Notes: a model not told the origin generated them from the letters alone. Positions 1 through 10,474 are shown, counted from the first letter of the stretch. The stretch: DNA of 64,000 nt from Vulcanimicrobiales bacterium (GCA_038231455.1 JBBRLI010000006.1:1-64000), one strand, 5' to 3'. Made by a program: numbers and translations.

Positions 1-1
1 A

Positions 2-286
2 CTCGAAGCGCGCGATGAGACGATGAAGGCGAAGCTCACGGTTCTCAAAGAGATGGTGCAGCATCACGTCGAGGAAGAAGAATCCACGATGTTCGGTGAG
101 GCCCGCCGCGTGCTCGGTAAGAAGCTCGACGCGCTCGGCGCTGAGATGCTTGCGTTCAAAAAACGCGCAATGAAGTCCGGCAAGAAAGCCCCCGCGAAAA
201 AGTCGTCGGCGCGCTCGACCACGACCGCTGCCCGCAAATCCACTGCGCGGAAAACCAGCGCTCGCAAAACGGCGACCCGTCGCTAA
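2..286 (+). CDS. Hemerythrin/HHE cation-binding domain protein, 3' part (truncated by window start), with Lys/Ala/Arg-rich tail
   Basis: KLTVLKEMVQHHVEEEESTMF matches the HHE motif (H-H-x-x-E-E-E-x-x-x-F); frame is open from position 2. Confidence 0.75.
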   Translation, partial: LEARDETMKAKLTVLKEMVQHHVEEEESTMFGEARRVLGKKLDALGAEMLAFKKRAMKSGKKAPAKKSSARSTTTAARKSTARKTSARKTATRR

Positions 287-392
287 GGGTCGACCCGATG
301 GAACACGCAGCGCGGCGCGCCTTCTCGGGCTCGCTGCGCTGTGTCGTTACCGACAGTAGAAAGCGGCGCCAGGCCCGAATTTTCGACCGATT

Positions 393-1070
393 ATGAAACG
401 CGCACCCACTTGGCTCGCACTCTCCGGCGTCGGCGTCGTCCTTACGGCGCTCTGCTTGTGCGATTGGATTATGGGCTGGTGGTCGAACGTACCGGACGAT
501 TTCGCCGGCGAGGAAACGCCCTCGCCTGCACGGCGCACCGAGCCGGTTGCTGCCGCGCCGGCTGCTGCTGCCGCACCAGTTGCCGCAGCAGCGCCGGTTG
601 CCGCCGCTGGGCCGATACCGCCGCAGCCGGCAGCTCCGCCGCGGCCCGCGATGCCGCAAGCGAGCACGCCGCTTCCTGTCTTCACGGCTCCGCCCGCTCC
701 GGTTGCACCGCCTCCGCCCGTTGCCGCTAGCGGCCCCGCGTTCGTTGCGCCGCCGGGCGCGATTCCGCCGTTCATCCTCGAAGTTGCCGAACGCACGACA
801 CAACTCGTGCGCGGATTCACACGCGGGGCCTGGATCGTTTTTGGCTTTTACCCTGACGGCTCAATACGCTTCGTGGATCTCGACGGTGGGACGTACGAAG
901 GCTATGCGAGTTCGGCGCGTGCCGCGATGGCCGAAGTCGGCGGTTCGCGCAGCTTTGCACTTGCGATCGGGGTTGCTGCCGACGGCCGCTTACAGGCGTC
1001 GTTCTCGGGCGGCATTCACGACGGACAGACGATCGTTTTAGAAACGATTGCGGAAAAACCGGTCGCATGA
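393..1070 (+). CDS. Hypothetical membrane-anchored protein with Pro/Ala-rich linker
   Basis: N-terminal hydrophobic segment, PA-rich region, globular C-terminus; stop overlaps murA start (ATGA). Confidence 0.65.
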   Translation: MKRAPTWLALSGVGVVLTALCLCDWIMGWWSNVPDDFAGEETPSPARRTEPVAAAPAAAAAPVAAAAPVAAAGPIPPQPAAPPRPAMPQASTPLPVFTAPPAPVAPPPPVAASGPAFVAPPGAIPPFILEVAERTTQLVRGFTRGAWIVFGFYPDGSIRFVDLDGGTYEGYASSARAAMAEVGGSRSFALAIGVAADGRLQASFSGGIHDGQTIVLETIAEKPVA

Positions 1071-2413
1071 ACCTGCTCGATCGACTCGACACGACGCTTG
1101 CCATTCGCGGAGGCCAACGATTGGAAGGTTCGGTCGAGACGCACGGTGCGAAGAACGCCGTCTTGCCGATTATGGCAGCGACGCTGCTCTCGCGCGGGAA
1201 AGTCACGCTGCATCGCGTTCCGCGCATTACCGACGTCTCGGTGATGTGGTCGCTCCTCGAAGCGCTCGGCGCGCGCGTCCGGCTCGAAGGTCCCAATACG
1301 ATTACGATCGATGCGAGTAACGTCGATAAGTACCGGGCACCCTATATGCTGGTGCGTAAACTTGCCGCATCGTTCGACCTCGTCGGGCCGCTGCTCGGAC
1401 GTTTCGGCCGAGCCGAAGTGCCGCTTCCCGGCGGCTGCATTCTCGGCACGCGCGCGACGGATATGCACGAGGCCGCATTTCGCGCGCTCGGCGCAAACGT
1501 GAGCAATGCCGGTGGTTTCCTCGTCGCAAAAGCCGAGAAAGGACGCTTGCAGGGCGGCGAGATTGAATTCCGCACCCCCTCGGTCGGCGCGACCAAAAAC
1601 GCAATGCTCGCCTCGGTCATGGCGGAGGGCACGACGATCGTGCACAACGCCGCGATGGAACCCGAAGTCTCGGATCTGGCAAACTTTCTCATCGCCATGG
1701 GCGCGAAGATCCAAGGCGTCGGCGGCGTTACGCTGCGGATCGACGGCGTCCGCGAACTCCACGGCGTCGAGTACGAAGTGATCCCCGACCGGATCGTGAC
1801 GGGAACGCTGATGCTTTCGGGTGCGATCACCCGCGGCGATGTCACGGTGAAGCGCTGCAACCCCGATGACGTCGCGCTCTTGCAAAACAAGCTCAACGAA
1901 TGCGGCGTAACCGTCACCTCAGGCGATGACTGGGTGCGCGTGCAAGCGGGCAGCGTTATCGGCGGCACCGACATCGTGACCGCGCCGTTCCCCGGTTTTC
2001 CGACCGACCTTCAGCCCCCGATGCTGGCGTTCTTATGTACGGCACCGGGCACGAGCGTCGTGGAAGAAACGATCTTCAACGCGCGCTTCTCCTACGTCAA
2101 CGAACTCGTCCGCATGGGCGCCGAGGTGCGCGTCGCGATCGAAAACAACACCGCGCTGATCAAAGGCGTCGGCCATCTCTCGGGAGCCCCGGTCGAAGCG
2201 CCGGATATCCGGGCGGGGGCGGGTCTGGTCGTCGCCGGACTCGCCGCCGAGGGCCTGACGGAAATCATCGGTCTTGAGTACATCGACCGCGGCTACGAAC
2301 GGCTTGAGGAGATGCTCGGCGCGCTCGGCGCGACGGTCCAGCGCACCTCGGGCGTCGTCCCGTTCATGGAGCCCAGCGGAACCTTCGAGACCCAAAGCTA
2401 CCCGAGTCTCTAG
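1067..2413 (+). CDS. murA: UDP-N-acetylglucosamine 1-carboxyvinyltransferase
   Basis: GAKNAVLP, LPGGCILGTR (catalytic Cys present), PSVGATKN, PDRI, PGFPTDLQ, DIRAGA, IDRGYE motifs. Confidence 0.96.
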   Translation: MNLLDRLDTTLAIRGGQRLEGSVETHGAKNAVLPIMAATLLSRGKVTLHRVPRITDVSVMWSLLEALGARVRLEGPNTITIDASNVDKYRAPYMLVRKLAASFDLVGPLLGRFGRAEVPLPGGCILGTRATDMHEAAFRALGANVSNAGGFLVAKAEKGRLQGGEIEFRTPSVGATKNAMLASVMAEGTTIVHNAAMEPEVSDLANFLIAMGAKIQGVGGVTLRIDGVRELHGVEYEVIPDRIVTGTLMLSGAITRGDVTVKRCNPDDVALLQNKLNECGVTVTSGDDWVRVQAGSVIGGTDIVTAPFPGFPTDLQPPMLAFLCTAPGTSVVEETIFNARFSYVNELVRMGAEVRVAIENNTALIKGVGHLSGAPVEAPDIRAGAGLVVAGLAAEGLTEIIGLEYIDRGYERLEEMLGALGATVQRTSGVVPFMEPSGTFETQSYPSL

Positions 2414-2570
2414 CTCGCTCGGGTCGCCTTGGCTCGTAGCGATTGCGGCCGATGGTAGAGTCAGGGACCATTTTCCATCAGGAATCCCCTCGATGAGACC
2501 GAACGAACCACGACAACGCAGGGTCGGCTACGCCGGTTCGCGTTCTCGTGTGACCGTCTAGACAGTTTAG

Positions 2571-3563
<993 letters not shown>

Positions 3564-3673
3564 CCGTCGCCGAGCTAGCTTCGCGTTTTAACAAGGCGCC
3601 GTTTTGCGGGAGTGAAACATCCACCGCCCGCAATCGGTTGAACGGACAGAACCACCGGAGGAAAGTTGTCAGC

Positions 3674-4810
3674 GTGAAGTCCGTTCTACTCACCCCCGTT
3701 CTCGTATTCGTCCTCGTCGCTGCGGCTTCCGCAGCGACGACTTCGCATATGATGGGCTACGAAATTCAAACCAACGATTCGACGTTCAACCTCAAGAGCA
3801 GCGACTTTGTGTTCCCGGTCAAAGTGAAGTTCTCGAAACCCGGTACCAACATCGTCGCCGATAAAGCGCACGGGAATTCGGCACGCAAATTCGCGACATT
3901 CGATGGGAACGTCGTGCTCCACTCAACGGGCGGATTGCCCGTTGGTGGTCGTGAGGCCTCAAAATCGGGCACCGAGCCCTCGACGCTCACCTCCGACAAA
4001 CTGGATGTCGACGGCGTGCGTAAGTTCTATGCCGCAAGCGGTCGCGTGCACTTTACGCAAGGCGATAAAGTCGCTCTCGCCGATCGAGGCACGCTCGACG
4101 ATCAGACGCACATCTTGCATCTCGAAGGCAGCGTCCACGTCGGTCGCGGCGAGCAGACGATGGATGGCAATGCGATCGATTACAACATCGATTCCGGTGA
4201 ATCGCATGCGGTCGGCAATCCCGTGACGATGAAGGCGCCGGAACCACCGAGTACCTCGCATCTGATGGGCTACGAGATTCAGTCCAACGATTCGGACTTC
4301 AATCTGAAGAGCACCGATTTTGTTTTCCCCGTGAGAGTGAAATTCTCCAAACCCGGTACCGACATCGTCGCTGACCGAGCCCACGGGAACTCGGAGCGCA
4401 AGCTCGCGTTTTTCGATGGGAATGTCGTGTTGCACTCCACCGGGGCTCTGCCTGTCGGTGGCCGTGAGGCATCAAAGGCCGGCTCCGAGGCATCGACGCT
4501 CACCTCCGATAAACTCGACGTCGACGGCGTGCGCAAGTTTTATGCGGCGAGCGGTCACGTGCACTTCACGCAAGCCGATAAATTCGCGAACGCCGAGAAA
4601 GGCACGCTCGACGATCAGACACACATTTTGCATCTCGAAGGCAGCGTGCACGTCGGGCGTGGCGGGCAGACGATGGATGGTGATAAAATCGACTATAACG
4701 TCGATTCCGGTGAAGCCCACGCGGTCGGCAGTCCCGTCATCATGAAGGCGCCGATTCCGCCGCCTTCGCCGAGCGTGCTTCCGACGAAGGCACCAAAGAA
4801 GAAAAGCTAA
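3674..4810 (+). CDS. Exported LptA/OstA-like beta-jellyroll protein with two tandem ~171-aa repeats
   Basis: Signal peptide; OstA-like patterns (ADKAHG..ATFDGNVVL, SDKLD, LHLEGSVH, GNAIDYN); internal duplication; start GTG 3674 inferred from GGAGG upstream. Confidence 0.7.
   Translation: MKSVLLTPVLVFVLVAAASAATTSHMMGYEIQTNDSTFNLKSSDFVFPVKVKFSKPGTNIVADKAHGNSARKFATFDGNVVLHSTGGLPVGGREASKSGTEPSTLTSDKLDVDGVRKFYAASGRVHFTQGDKVALADRGTLDDQTHILHLEGSVHVGRGEQTMDGNAIDYNIDSGESHAVGNPVTMKAPEPPSTSHLMGYEIQSNDSDFNLKSTDFVFPVRVKFSKPGTDIVADRAHGNSERKLAFFDGNVVLHSTGALPVGGREASKAGSEASTLTSDKLDVDGVRKFYAASGHVHFTQADKFANAEKGTLDDQTHILHLEGSVHVGRGGQTMDGDKIDYNVDSGEAHAVGSPVIMKAPIPPPSPSVLPTKAPKKKS
3740..4765 (+). repeat. Intragenic direct duplication, two ~513-nt units (3740-4252 and 4253-4765)
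   Basis: acttcgcatatgatgggctacgaaattcaa.. vs acctcgcatctgatgggctacgagattcag..; near-identical protein repeats with many synonymous changes. Confidence 0.9.
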
Positions 4811-6156
4811 TGCTCGGACTTTTCGATGGCGAAGGCGGCGGGCAACAAGCCCACGCGCCGCTCGCGGCTCGGATGCGTCCGCGTTCGCTCGATGAGTTCG
4901 TCGGGCAAGAGCAAATCGTCGGCCCCGGCCGCGCGCTACGCCGTGCGATCGAGAACGATAGCGTGCCGTCGATCATTTTGTGGGGGCCGCCCGGCACCGG
5001 GAAGACGACGCTCGCGCAGATCGTCGCGAATGAGACGAAGTCGAACTTCGCGGCGATCTCGGCGGTGAGCGCGGGCGTCGCCGATCTACGACGGATCGTT
5101 GCCGATGCCGCGGCGCTTGCGCGCACGGGCAAGCGCACCGTGCTCTTCATCGATGAAATCCACCGCTTCAACAAAGCGCAGCAAGATGCGGTCTTACCGT
5201 ACGTCGAGGATGGAACCGTTACGCTCATCGGCGCGACAACCGAGAATCCGTCGTTTGAAGTCAATTCCGCGCTGCTCTCCCGCTCGCGCGTATTCGTTCT
5301 CAAGTCACTTGGTGATGAGGATGTAAGCCGACTTATTCTGCGCGCGCTCGAGGATACCGAACGGGGACTCGGCGGTCAAAACGTTCGTATCGATGACGAG
5401 GCGCTCGAAGCGCTGACCGGCCTTGCAAACGGCGACGCGCGCGTGGCGCTTGGAACCTTAGAATTTGCCGCCGCCGCAACACCGAAGGCAGACGACGGTT
5501 CGCGTACGATTACCGCGGCAACGATTGCCGACGCGCTGCAGCGTCGCGCGACGACGTACGATAAAAAGGGCGATTCACACTACGATATCATCTCCGCATT
5601 CATCAAGTGCGTACGGTCGAGCGATCCCGATGCAGCGGTGTATTGGCTTGCGCGGATGATCGACGGCGGCGAAGACCCGCTTTTCATCGCCCGACGGCTC
5701 GTGATTCTTGCAAGCGAAGATATCGGGCTTGCCGATAAAGCGGCGCTGCCGCTTGCGATTGCCGCGCAGCAGTCGGTGCACTTCATCGGTATGCCGGAGG
5801 GATTTTATCCGCTCGCGCACGCGACGCTCTATCTTGCGACCGCGCCGAAGAGCAACACGGTCGGGCGCGCCTATTCTGCGGCGCTTGCCGATGTGCAAGA
5901 CACGCGCACGGACCCGGTGCCGCTCCATCTGCGAAACGCACCGACCAAACTGATGAAGAATCTTGGTTACGGCGCGGGATACAAGTACAGCCACGATGTG
6001 TACGCGGGGATGGATGCAAGCGGCGAGGCGCCGCCCGCTGAGAAATTCCAATCCGGGCTACCCGATGCAATTACCGATCGCGCGTATTTCCAGCCCGGGC
6101 GTCAGGGCGATGAAGAGCGCCTGCGCGCTTGGATCGACAAGCGACGTAAATCATAG
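4810..6156 (+). CDS. rarA: Replication-associated recombination protein A (MgsA/RarA AAA+ ATPase)
   Basis: PLAARMRP, WGPPGTGKTT, FIDEIHRFNKAQQD, GATTENPSFEVN, VPLHLRNAPT. Confidence 0.95.
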   Translation: MLGLFDGEGGGQQAHAPLAARMRPRSLDEFVGQEQIVGPGRALRRAIENDSVPSIILWGPPGTGKTTLAQIVANETKSNFAAISAVSAGVADLRRIVADAAALARTGKRTVLFIDEIHRFNKAQQDAVLPYVEDGTVTLIGATTENPSFEVNSALLSRSRVFVLKSLGDEDVSRLILRALEDTERGLGGQNVRIDDEALEALTGLANGDARVALGTLEFAAAATPKADDGSRTITAATIADALQRRATTYDKKGDSHYDIISAFIKCVRSSDPDAAVYWLARMIDGGEDPLFIARRLVILASEDIGLADKAALPLAIAAQQSVHFIGMPEGFYPLAHATLYLATAPKSNTVGRAYSAALADVQDTRTDPVPLHLRNAPTKLMKNLGYGAGYKYSHDVYAGMDASGEAPPAEKFQSGLPDAITDRAYFQPGRQGDEERLRAWIDKRRKS

Positions 6157-6158
6157 TC

Positions 6159-7289
6159 GTGGATCGCATTTATCTCGATCACGCCGCGACGACGGTTGCG
6201 CGGCCCGAAGTCATCGCCGCGATGGTGCCGCTGCTCGCTGCCGGCAACCCAAGTTCCCTGCATGCCGAAGGCCGCGCGGCGCACGCGCTGCTCGACACCG
6301 CGCGCGAGCGCGTCGCGACGACCCTCGGTGCGAAGGCGCGGGAGATCGTCTTCACCGGCGGTGGCTCGGAGAGCAACAACCTTGCGATCCTCGGCGTATC
6401 ACGTGCGCTGCGCGCTCGCGGCCGGCACATTATCAGCACCGCGTTCGAACATCATGCCGTGCTGCATGCCCTCGATGTTTTGCGCGACGACGGATACACG
6501 ATTACGCTTCTGCCGGTCGATCCGAACGGCGTTGTCGACGCGGTTGCCTTTCGCGCGGCGATTCGCCCCGACACGATTCTTGCAAGCATCATGCTTGCGA
6601 ACAACGAGATCGGCACGATCCAACCGATTGGCGAGCTCGCGGCAATCGCAAAAGAGCACGGCGTCCTCATGCACACCGATGCGGTTCAAGCCCCGGCCTA
6701 CCTCGACGTCAACGTCGCGGCTCTTGGAGTCGATTTGCTCTCGATTGCGGGTCACAAATTTTATGGACCCAAGGGCACGGGAGTGCTCTATATCCGAAGC
6801 GGCACGCCGCTTGCGCCGCTGGTGGTCGGCGGCGGCCAAGAGTCGGGTCTGCGGGCCGGGACGGAAAATCTCGCCGGGATCGTCGGTCTTGCCGAAGCTT
6901 TGCAGCTCGCGCACGCCGAGCGAGCCGAGTCGGCCGACCGGGTCGCCGCCCTGCGCGACCGCCTGGAAGCCTCCATCCGTGCCGAGATCCCCGACGTGCG
7001 GATCAACGGCGCCGCGTCCCCGCGCCTCGCCAACAGCCTAAGCGTCGCATTCAAAGATGCCCCAAGCGACTTGCTGCTGATCAACTTGGACTTGGCCGGC
7101 ATCGCCGCCTCGGCGGGGAGTGCGTGTGCCGCCGGCAGCCTCGAACCAAGCCACGTGATCGCGGCGCTCGGACTCGAACCTCGCTATGCACGGGGCGTGA
7201 TTCGCTTCTCGCTCGGTAGGGTAACAAGCGGCGGGGATATCGAACGGGTCATCCAGACCCTTCCCTCGCTCGTACGTGCCGTTCGCTAA
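6159..7289 (+). CDS. iscS: Cysteine desulfurase (IscS/NifS family)
   Basis: YLDHAATT, GNPSSLH, HTDAVQA, GHKFYGPKG (PLP Lys), SAGSAC (catalytic Cys). Confidence 0.92.
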   Translation: MDRIYLDHAATTVARPEVIAAMVPLLAAGNPSSLHAEGRAAHALLDTARERVATTLGAKAREIVFTGGGSESNNLAILGVSRALRARGRHIISTAFEHHAVLHALDVLRDDGYTITLLPVDPNGVVDAVAFRAAIRPDTILASIMLANNEIGTIQPIGELAAIAKEHGVLMHTDAVQAPAYLDVNVAALGVDLLSIAGHKFYGPKGTGVLYIRSGTPLAPLVVGGGQESGLRAGTENLAGIVGLAEALQLAHAERAESADRVAALRDRLEASIRAEIPDVRINGAASPRLANSLSVAFKDAPSDLLLINLDLAGIAASAGSACAAGSLEPSHVIAALGLEPRYARGVIRFSLGRVTSGGDIERVIQTLPSLVRAVR

Positions 7290-7304
7290 AGCGCGAATGC
7301 GCGC

Positions 7305-7329
7305 GTGTAGGCGGTCGGGTTTTGGGTAA
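7305..7329 (+). promoter_or_regulatory. Candidate SigB/SigF-type promoter for the ytxG-ytxH-rsbVW-sigB operon
   Basis: GTGTAG-N13-GGGTAA resembles the SigB consensus GTTTAA-N12-14-GGGTAT; -35 is imperfect. Confidence 0.4.
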
Positions 7330-7379
7330 TGACGCAAAAGCGGTAAAGTGGTCGCTTGTGCGACGCTGGAGGATCTTCG

Positions 7380-7829
7380 TTGACAGGGACGTTCGACTGG
7401 CACATTGTTCTCGATGTCGGCATCGGGCTCGGCGTGCTGCTGATCGGGATCGGAATCTTGGTCGTCTGTTCGGCGCTTGCGAACCTACTCAAGCGCCTCA
7501 ACGGGACGCTCGATGAGGTCGATCGTCAGGTTGCCGCACTTTCCGCGCCGATCGCAGCCACACTCGGACATGTCGACGGAATTGCCGACACGGCCGATGC
7601 GACGATCGCGCGACTCGGCGCCGTCGTCGGTTCGCTTGAATCCGTCGCCGCCGGCGTATCGAAAACATCCGCTCTTGCGACGAATGCCGTCGCACCGACC
7701 ATTGTGAACCTCGGTGCAACACTCACGGGGATCAGCGCCGGCTTGCGGCGACTGGTCACCGGAAAGACTGCACCCGCCACCTCAGGGGATGAGTACGTTG
7801 AACGACCGATCGAACCAGCAACCCACTGA
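7380..7829 (+). CDS. DUF948 (YtxG/YoxC-like) general stress membrane protein
   Basis: N-terminal TM helix then amphipathic coiled coil; TTG start 7 nt after GGAGG; directly upstream of YtxH. Confidence 0.7.
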   Translation: MTGTFDWHIVLDVGIGLGVLLIGIGILVVCSALANLLKRLNGTLDEVDRQVAALSAPIAATLGHVDGIADTADATIARLGAVVGSLESVAAGVSKTSALATNAVAPTIVNLGATLTGISAGLRRLVTGKTAPATSGDEYVERPIEPATH

Positions 7830-8109
7830 AGGGTCCGGCTTTGTAACCGGGCTTCTCTTCGGCGCACTCATCGGCGCAGGCGTCGCGATGATCCTTGCTC
7901 CGCAAACCGGTGAAGACACCCGTGATTTCTTGCGTGCCAAAGCGCGCGAAGCCTCAGGCCGCGTTCGCGATGCCGCGGGTGACACCAACGACCTCTTGGA
8001 ACGCGGACGCAAGATCGTGGAAGAAGCCAAGGCTCGCATCGACGGCGCCGTCGATGAGGGAAAAGCCGCGGCCGACCAGCAACGCACCACTCTCGAACAC
8101 AACACGTAG
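7789..8109 (+). CDS. YtxH domain protein
   Basis: GFVTGLLFGALIGAGVAMILAPQTGEDTR matches the YtxH signature. Confidence 0.85.
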   Translation: MSTLNDRSNQQPTEGSGFVTGLLFGALIGAGVAMILAPQTGEDTRDFLRAKAREASGRVRDAAGDTNDLLERGRKIVEEAKARIDGAVDEGKAAADQQRTTLEHNT

Positions 8110-8117
8110 GAGAAGCC

Positions 8118-8462
8118 TTGGATATCAAAGTCAACGTCCGTGAATCGGAAGGCGATGCATACATCGTCGACCTCGCCGGTGAGATCGACGTCTACACCTC
8201 ACCGAAGGTGAAAGACGCCATCACCGAACTCATCGATCAAGAGCATTACAATCTCGTGATCAACCTCGAAAAAGTGCGCTACATCGACTCGACGGGTCTG
8301 GGCGTTCTCATCGGTGGTCTCAAACGCGTGCGCGAGCATGGCGGTTCGGTAAACTTGGTTTGCACCAATCCGCAGATCAAGAAAATTTTCGACATTACGG
8401 GTCTTGTCAAAATCTTCGGCATTTTCGATGACGAACAAAGCGCAATGAAGGCCCTGGTGTGA
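8118..8462 (+). CDS. rsbV: Anti-anti-sigma factor (STAS domain)
   Basis: GEIDVYTSP, YIDSTGLGVL (phosphorylatable Ser), IFDITGL. Confidence 0.92.
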   Translation: MDIKVNVRESEGDAYIVDLAGEIDVYTSPKVKDAITELIDQEHYNLVINLEKVRYIDSTGLGVLIGGLKRVREHGGSVNLVCTNPQIKKIFDITGLVKIFGIFDDEQSAMKALV

Positions 8463-8887
8463 TTCCGGTCGCCGTGGAAGCCGAAAGTTACGGCGTCTTC
8501 GAACTCAAGATTCCGGCCAAAGCGGAATGGGTTGCGGTCGCAAGACTCGCAATCGCTGCCGTTGCCAGCCGCTTGCGCTTCTCGGTCGATGAGATCGAAG
8601 ACATCAAGCTTGCAATCGCCGAGGCCTGCACCCATTGCATCCAGCACAAAACGGGCTCGGATGCCATCGAGATCACGTGCGAAGCACTCAGCGACTCCGT
8701 GCAGATCACGGTCCGCGATCGCGGTACGGCGCCGCGCGTCGAGGACGTCGAGAAACTTGTCGGCGATGATGGACGCACAGAAGAACTCGGCGTGTTTTTG
8801 ATTCGCGCCCTGATGGATAAGGTCGAGTACACGACCGACGCCGCAAACGGAACCGAACTTACCATGACCAAATACGTGAGCGTCTAA
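8459..8887 (+). CDS. rsbW: Anti-sigma factor / Ser kinase
   Basis: IPAKAEWVAVARL, IEDIKLAIAEACT, LGVFLIRALMDKV. Confidence 0.9.
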   Translation: MIPVAVEAESYGVFELKIPAKAEWVAVARLAIAAVASRLRFSVDEIEDIKLAIAEACTHCIQHKTGSDAIEITCEALSDSVQITVRDRGTAPRVEDVEKLVGDDGRTEELGVFLIRALMDKVEYTTDAANGTELTMTKYVSV

Positions 8888-8893
8888 GCTCTC

Positions 8894-9718
8894 GTGAGTT
8901 CGTCCCATCACGTCGAAGAAGAACGCTGGGATCGCCAAAAAGCGCGCGATGCGTTTACGCGCTTTGCGTACATTCGTGCAAATCCCAAAGAAGAAGCCGG
9001 CCCCAATCACCTCGGTGATTCGGAGCACGAGCGTCTTCGCAACGACCTGACGGTCGCGCACCTGAATTTGGTTCGCTATCTTGCGGTGAAGTTTGCCAAT
9101 CGCGGCGAGGCGCTCGACGATTTGATTCAAGTCGGCACCGTCGGCTTGCTCAAGGCGATCGACCGGTTCGATCTTGAGCGCGGCGTTGAATTCACGACGT
9201 ACGCGACGCCGACGATCGTCGGCGAGATCAAACGCTACTTCCGCGATAAAGGCTGGACGATTAAAGTCCCGCGCCGGTTGCAAGAACTCAACCTGGCGGT
9301 CAACCGCGCGATCGAAAAGCTGACCGTCAAACTCGGTCACTCGCCGACGGTCGCCGAACTCGCCTCGCACTTAGGTGCAAGTGAAGAAGACATTCTCGAA
9401 GCGCAAGAACTCGGTCAAGCGTACAATCTGCTCTCGCTGGACACCGAACTCAACGGCGAAGGCGACAAGAAGTCGCAAACGCTGGCAGATTACGTCGGCC
9501 AAAACGACGCCGGCCTCGAACTGCTCGAAGACCGCGCGAATTTAGAGAAGGCTTTTGAAGTGCTCACCGGCCGCGAGCGCGTGATCCTGTACTTACGTTT
9601 CTACGAATCGGTCTCGCAAACCGAGATCGCCAAACGCCTCAACGTCTCGCAGATGCACGTCTCGCGCCTCCAGCAAAAGGCGCTCGAAAAACTGAAGAAC
9701 GTCTTACAAGAAAAGTAA
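8894..9718 (+). CDS. sigB: SigB/SigF/SigG-family RNA polymerase sigma factor
   Basis: DDLIQVGTVGLLKAIDRFD, YATPTIVGEIKRYFRDKGW, SQMHVSRL; follows rsbV-rsbW. Confidence 0.88.
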   Translation: MSSSHHVEEERWDRQKARDAFTRFAYIRANPKEEAGPNHLGDSEHERLRNDLTVAHLNLVRYLAVKFANRGEALDDLIQVGTVGLLKAIDRFDLERGVEFTTYATPTIVGEIKRYFRDKGWTIKVPRRLQELNLAVNRAIEKLTVKLGHSPTVAELASHLGASEEDILEAQELGQAYNLLSLDTELNGEGDKKSQTLADYVGQNDAGLELLEDRANLEKAFEVLTGRERVILYLRFYESVSQTEIAKRLNVSQMHVSRLQQKALEKLKNVLQEK

Positions 9719-9724
9719 ATCAAG

Positions 9725-9755
9725 CGGGCCCGTCAATGACGGTCCCGTTTCTTTT
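9725..9755 (+). terminator. Intrinsic terminator after sigB
   Basis: cgggcccgtca/tgacggtcccg stem followed by tttctttt. Confidence 0.7.
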
Positions 9756-9872
9756 GAGGCATTCTGCCGCAAGCGGCTATGGATCGTGCTAGCTCGAAAC
9801 GTTTGCTCGCCTCTGGAGTAGGCAATGCCGCCCGGCAATCCCGGGATTTACTCGCCATTATGGAGATTCCGA

Positions 9873-10388
9873 ATGCAAAAACTCTCACGGAACCGCACTC
9901 TTCTGGCCGCGATGCTCGTCATCGCGCTCTTCGCCGGCTTCGCTCGGCCGTCGCAAGCGTTCCTCGACAAGACCCGCTTCGTCGCGCACTTGGGCGTGGC
10001 ATATTTTGCATTCCACCACTGGGTGATCAAACCGATGCAGGCGGGCGAATTCGCCAGCGGAGCGCCCCACCGCACATCGACGATCATCAAAGGCGGAGCT
10101 GCACTGCTCTTTGCGGTGCACGAAGTCCGCGTATCACAGAAGATCGCACACGAGAGCAAGAGCCCGCTGCTCCACAAGCTCGACGGCAAACTCACGGGTC
10201 TTGCGGCCTCGTTCCTCGCCGTCGGTACCGCACTCAAAGCGGGAAATTTCTCGCCGGATTCGATCAAGGGCCTTACGAAGCAAACCGACGACGTGAGCGC
10301 CGACTCCGCCGCCGCCGGTGAGCCGATCAAAGACATCGCCGTCCCCGACATCGGAAAATCCCAAGAGCCGGTCGGCGCCACAAAATAA
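9873..10388 (+). CDS. Hypothetical exported alpha-helical protein
   Basis: GGAG SD; signal peptide ending in S-Q-A; no family recognised. Confidence 0.7.
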   Translation: MQKLSRNRTLLAAMLVIALFAGFARPSQAFLDKTRFVAHLGVAYFAFHHWVIKPMQAGEFASGAPHRTSTIIKGGAALLFAVHEVRVSQKIAHESKSPLLHKLDGKLTGLAASFLAVGTALKAGNFSPDSIKGLTKQTDDVSADSAAAGEPIKDIAVPDIGKSQEPVGATK

Positions 10389-10474
10389 CCAAGGTCCGCA
10401 CGGTGCTTTGTACCGTGCGGACTTCGCCTTTTGGGGGATGAGGCGGGCCGCTCTTTCTTGAACCGGAGCGGGTC

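Noticed and set aside
1067-2413. Fosfomycin-resistant MurA variant
   Set aside because: The active-site Cys (PGGC) is retained rather than replaced by Asp.
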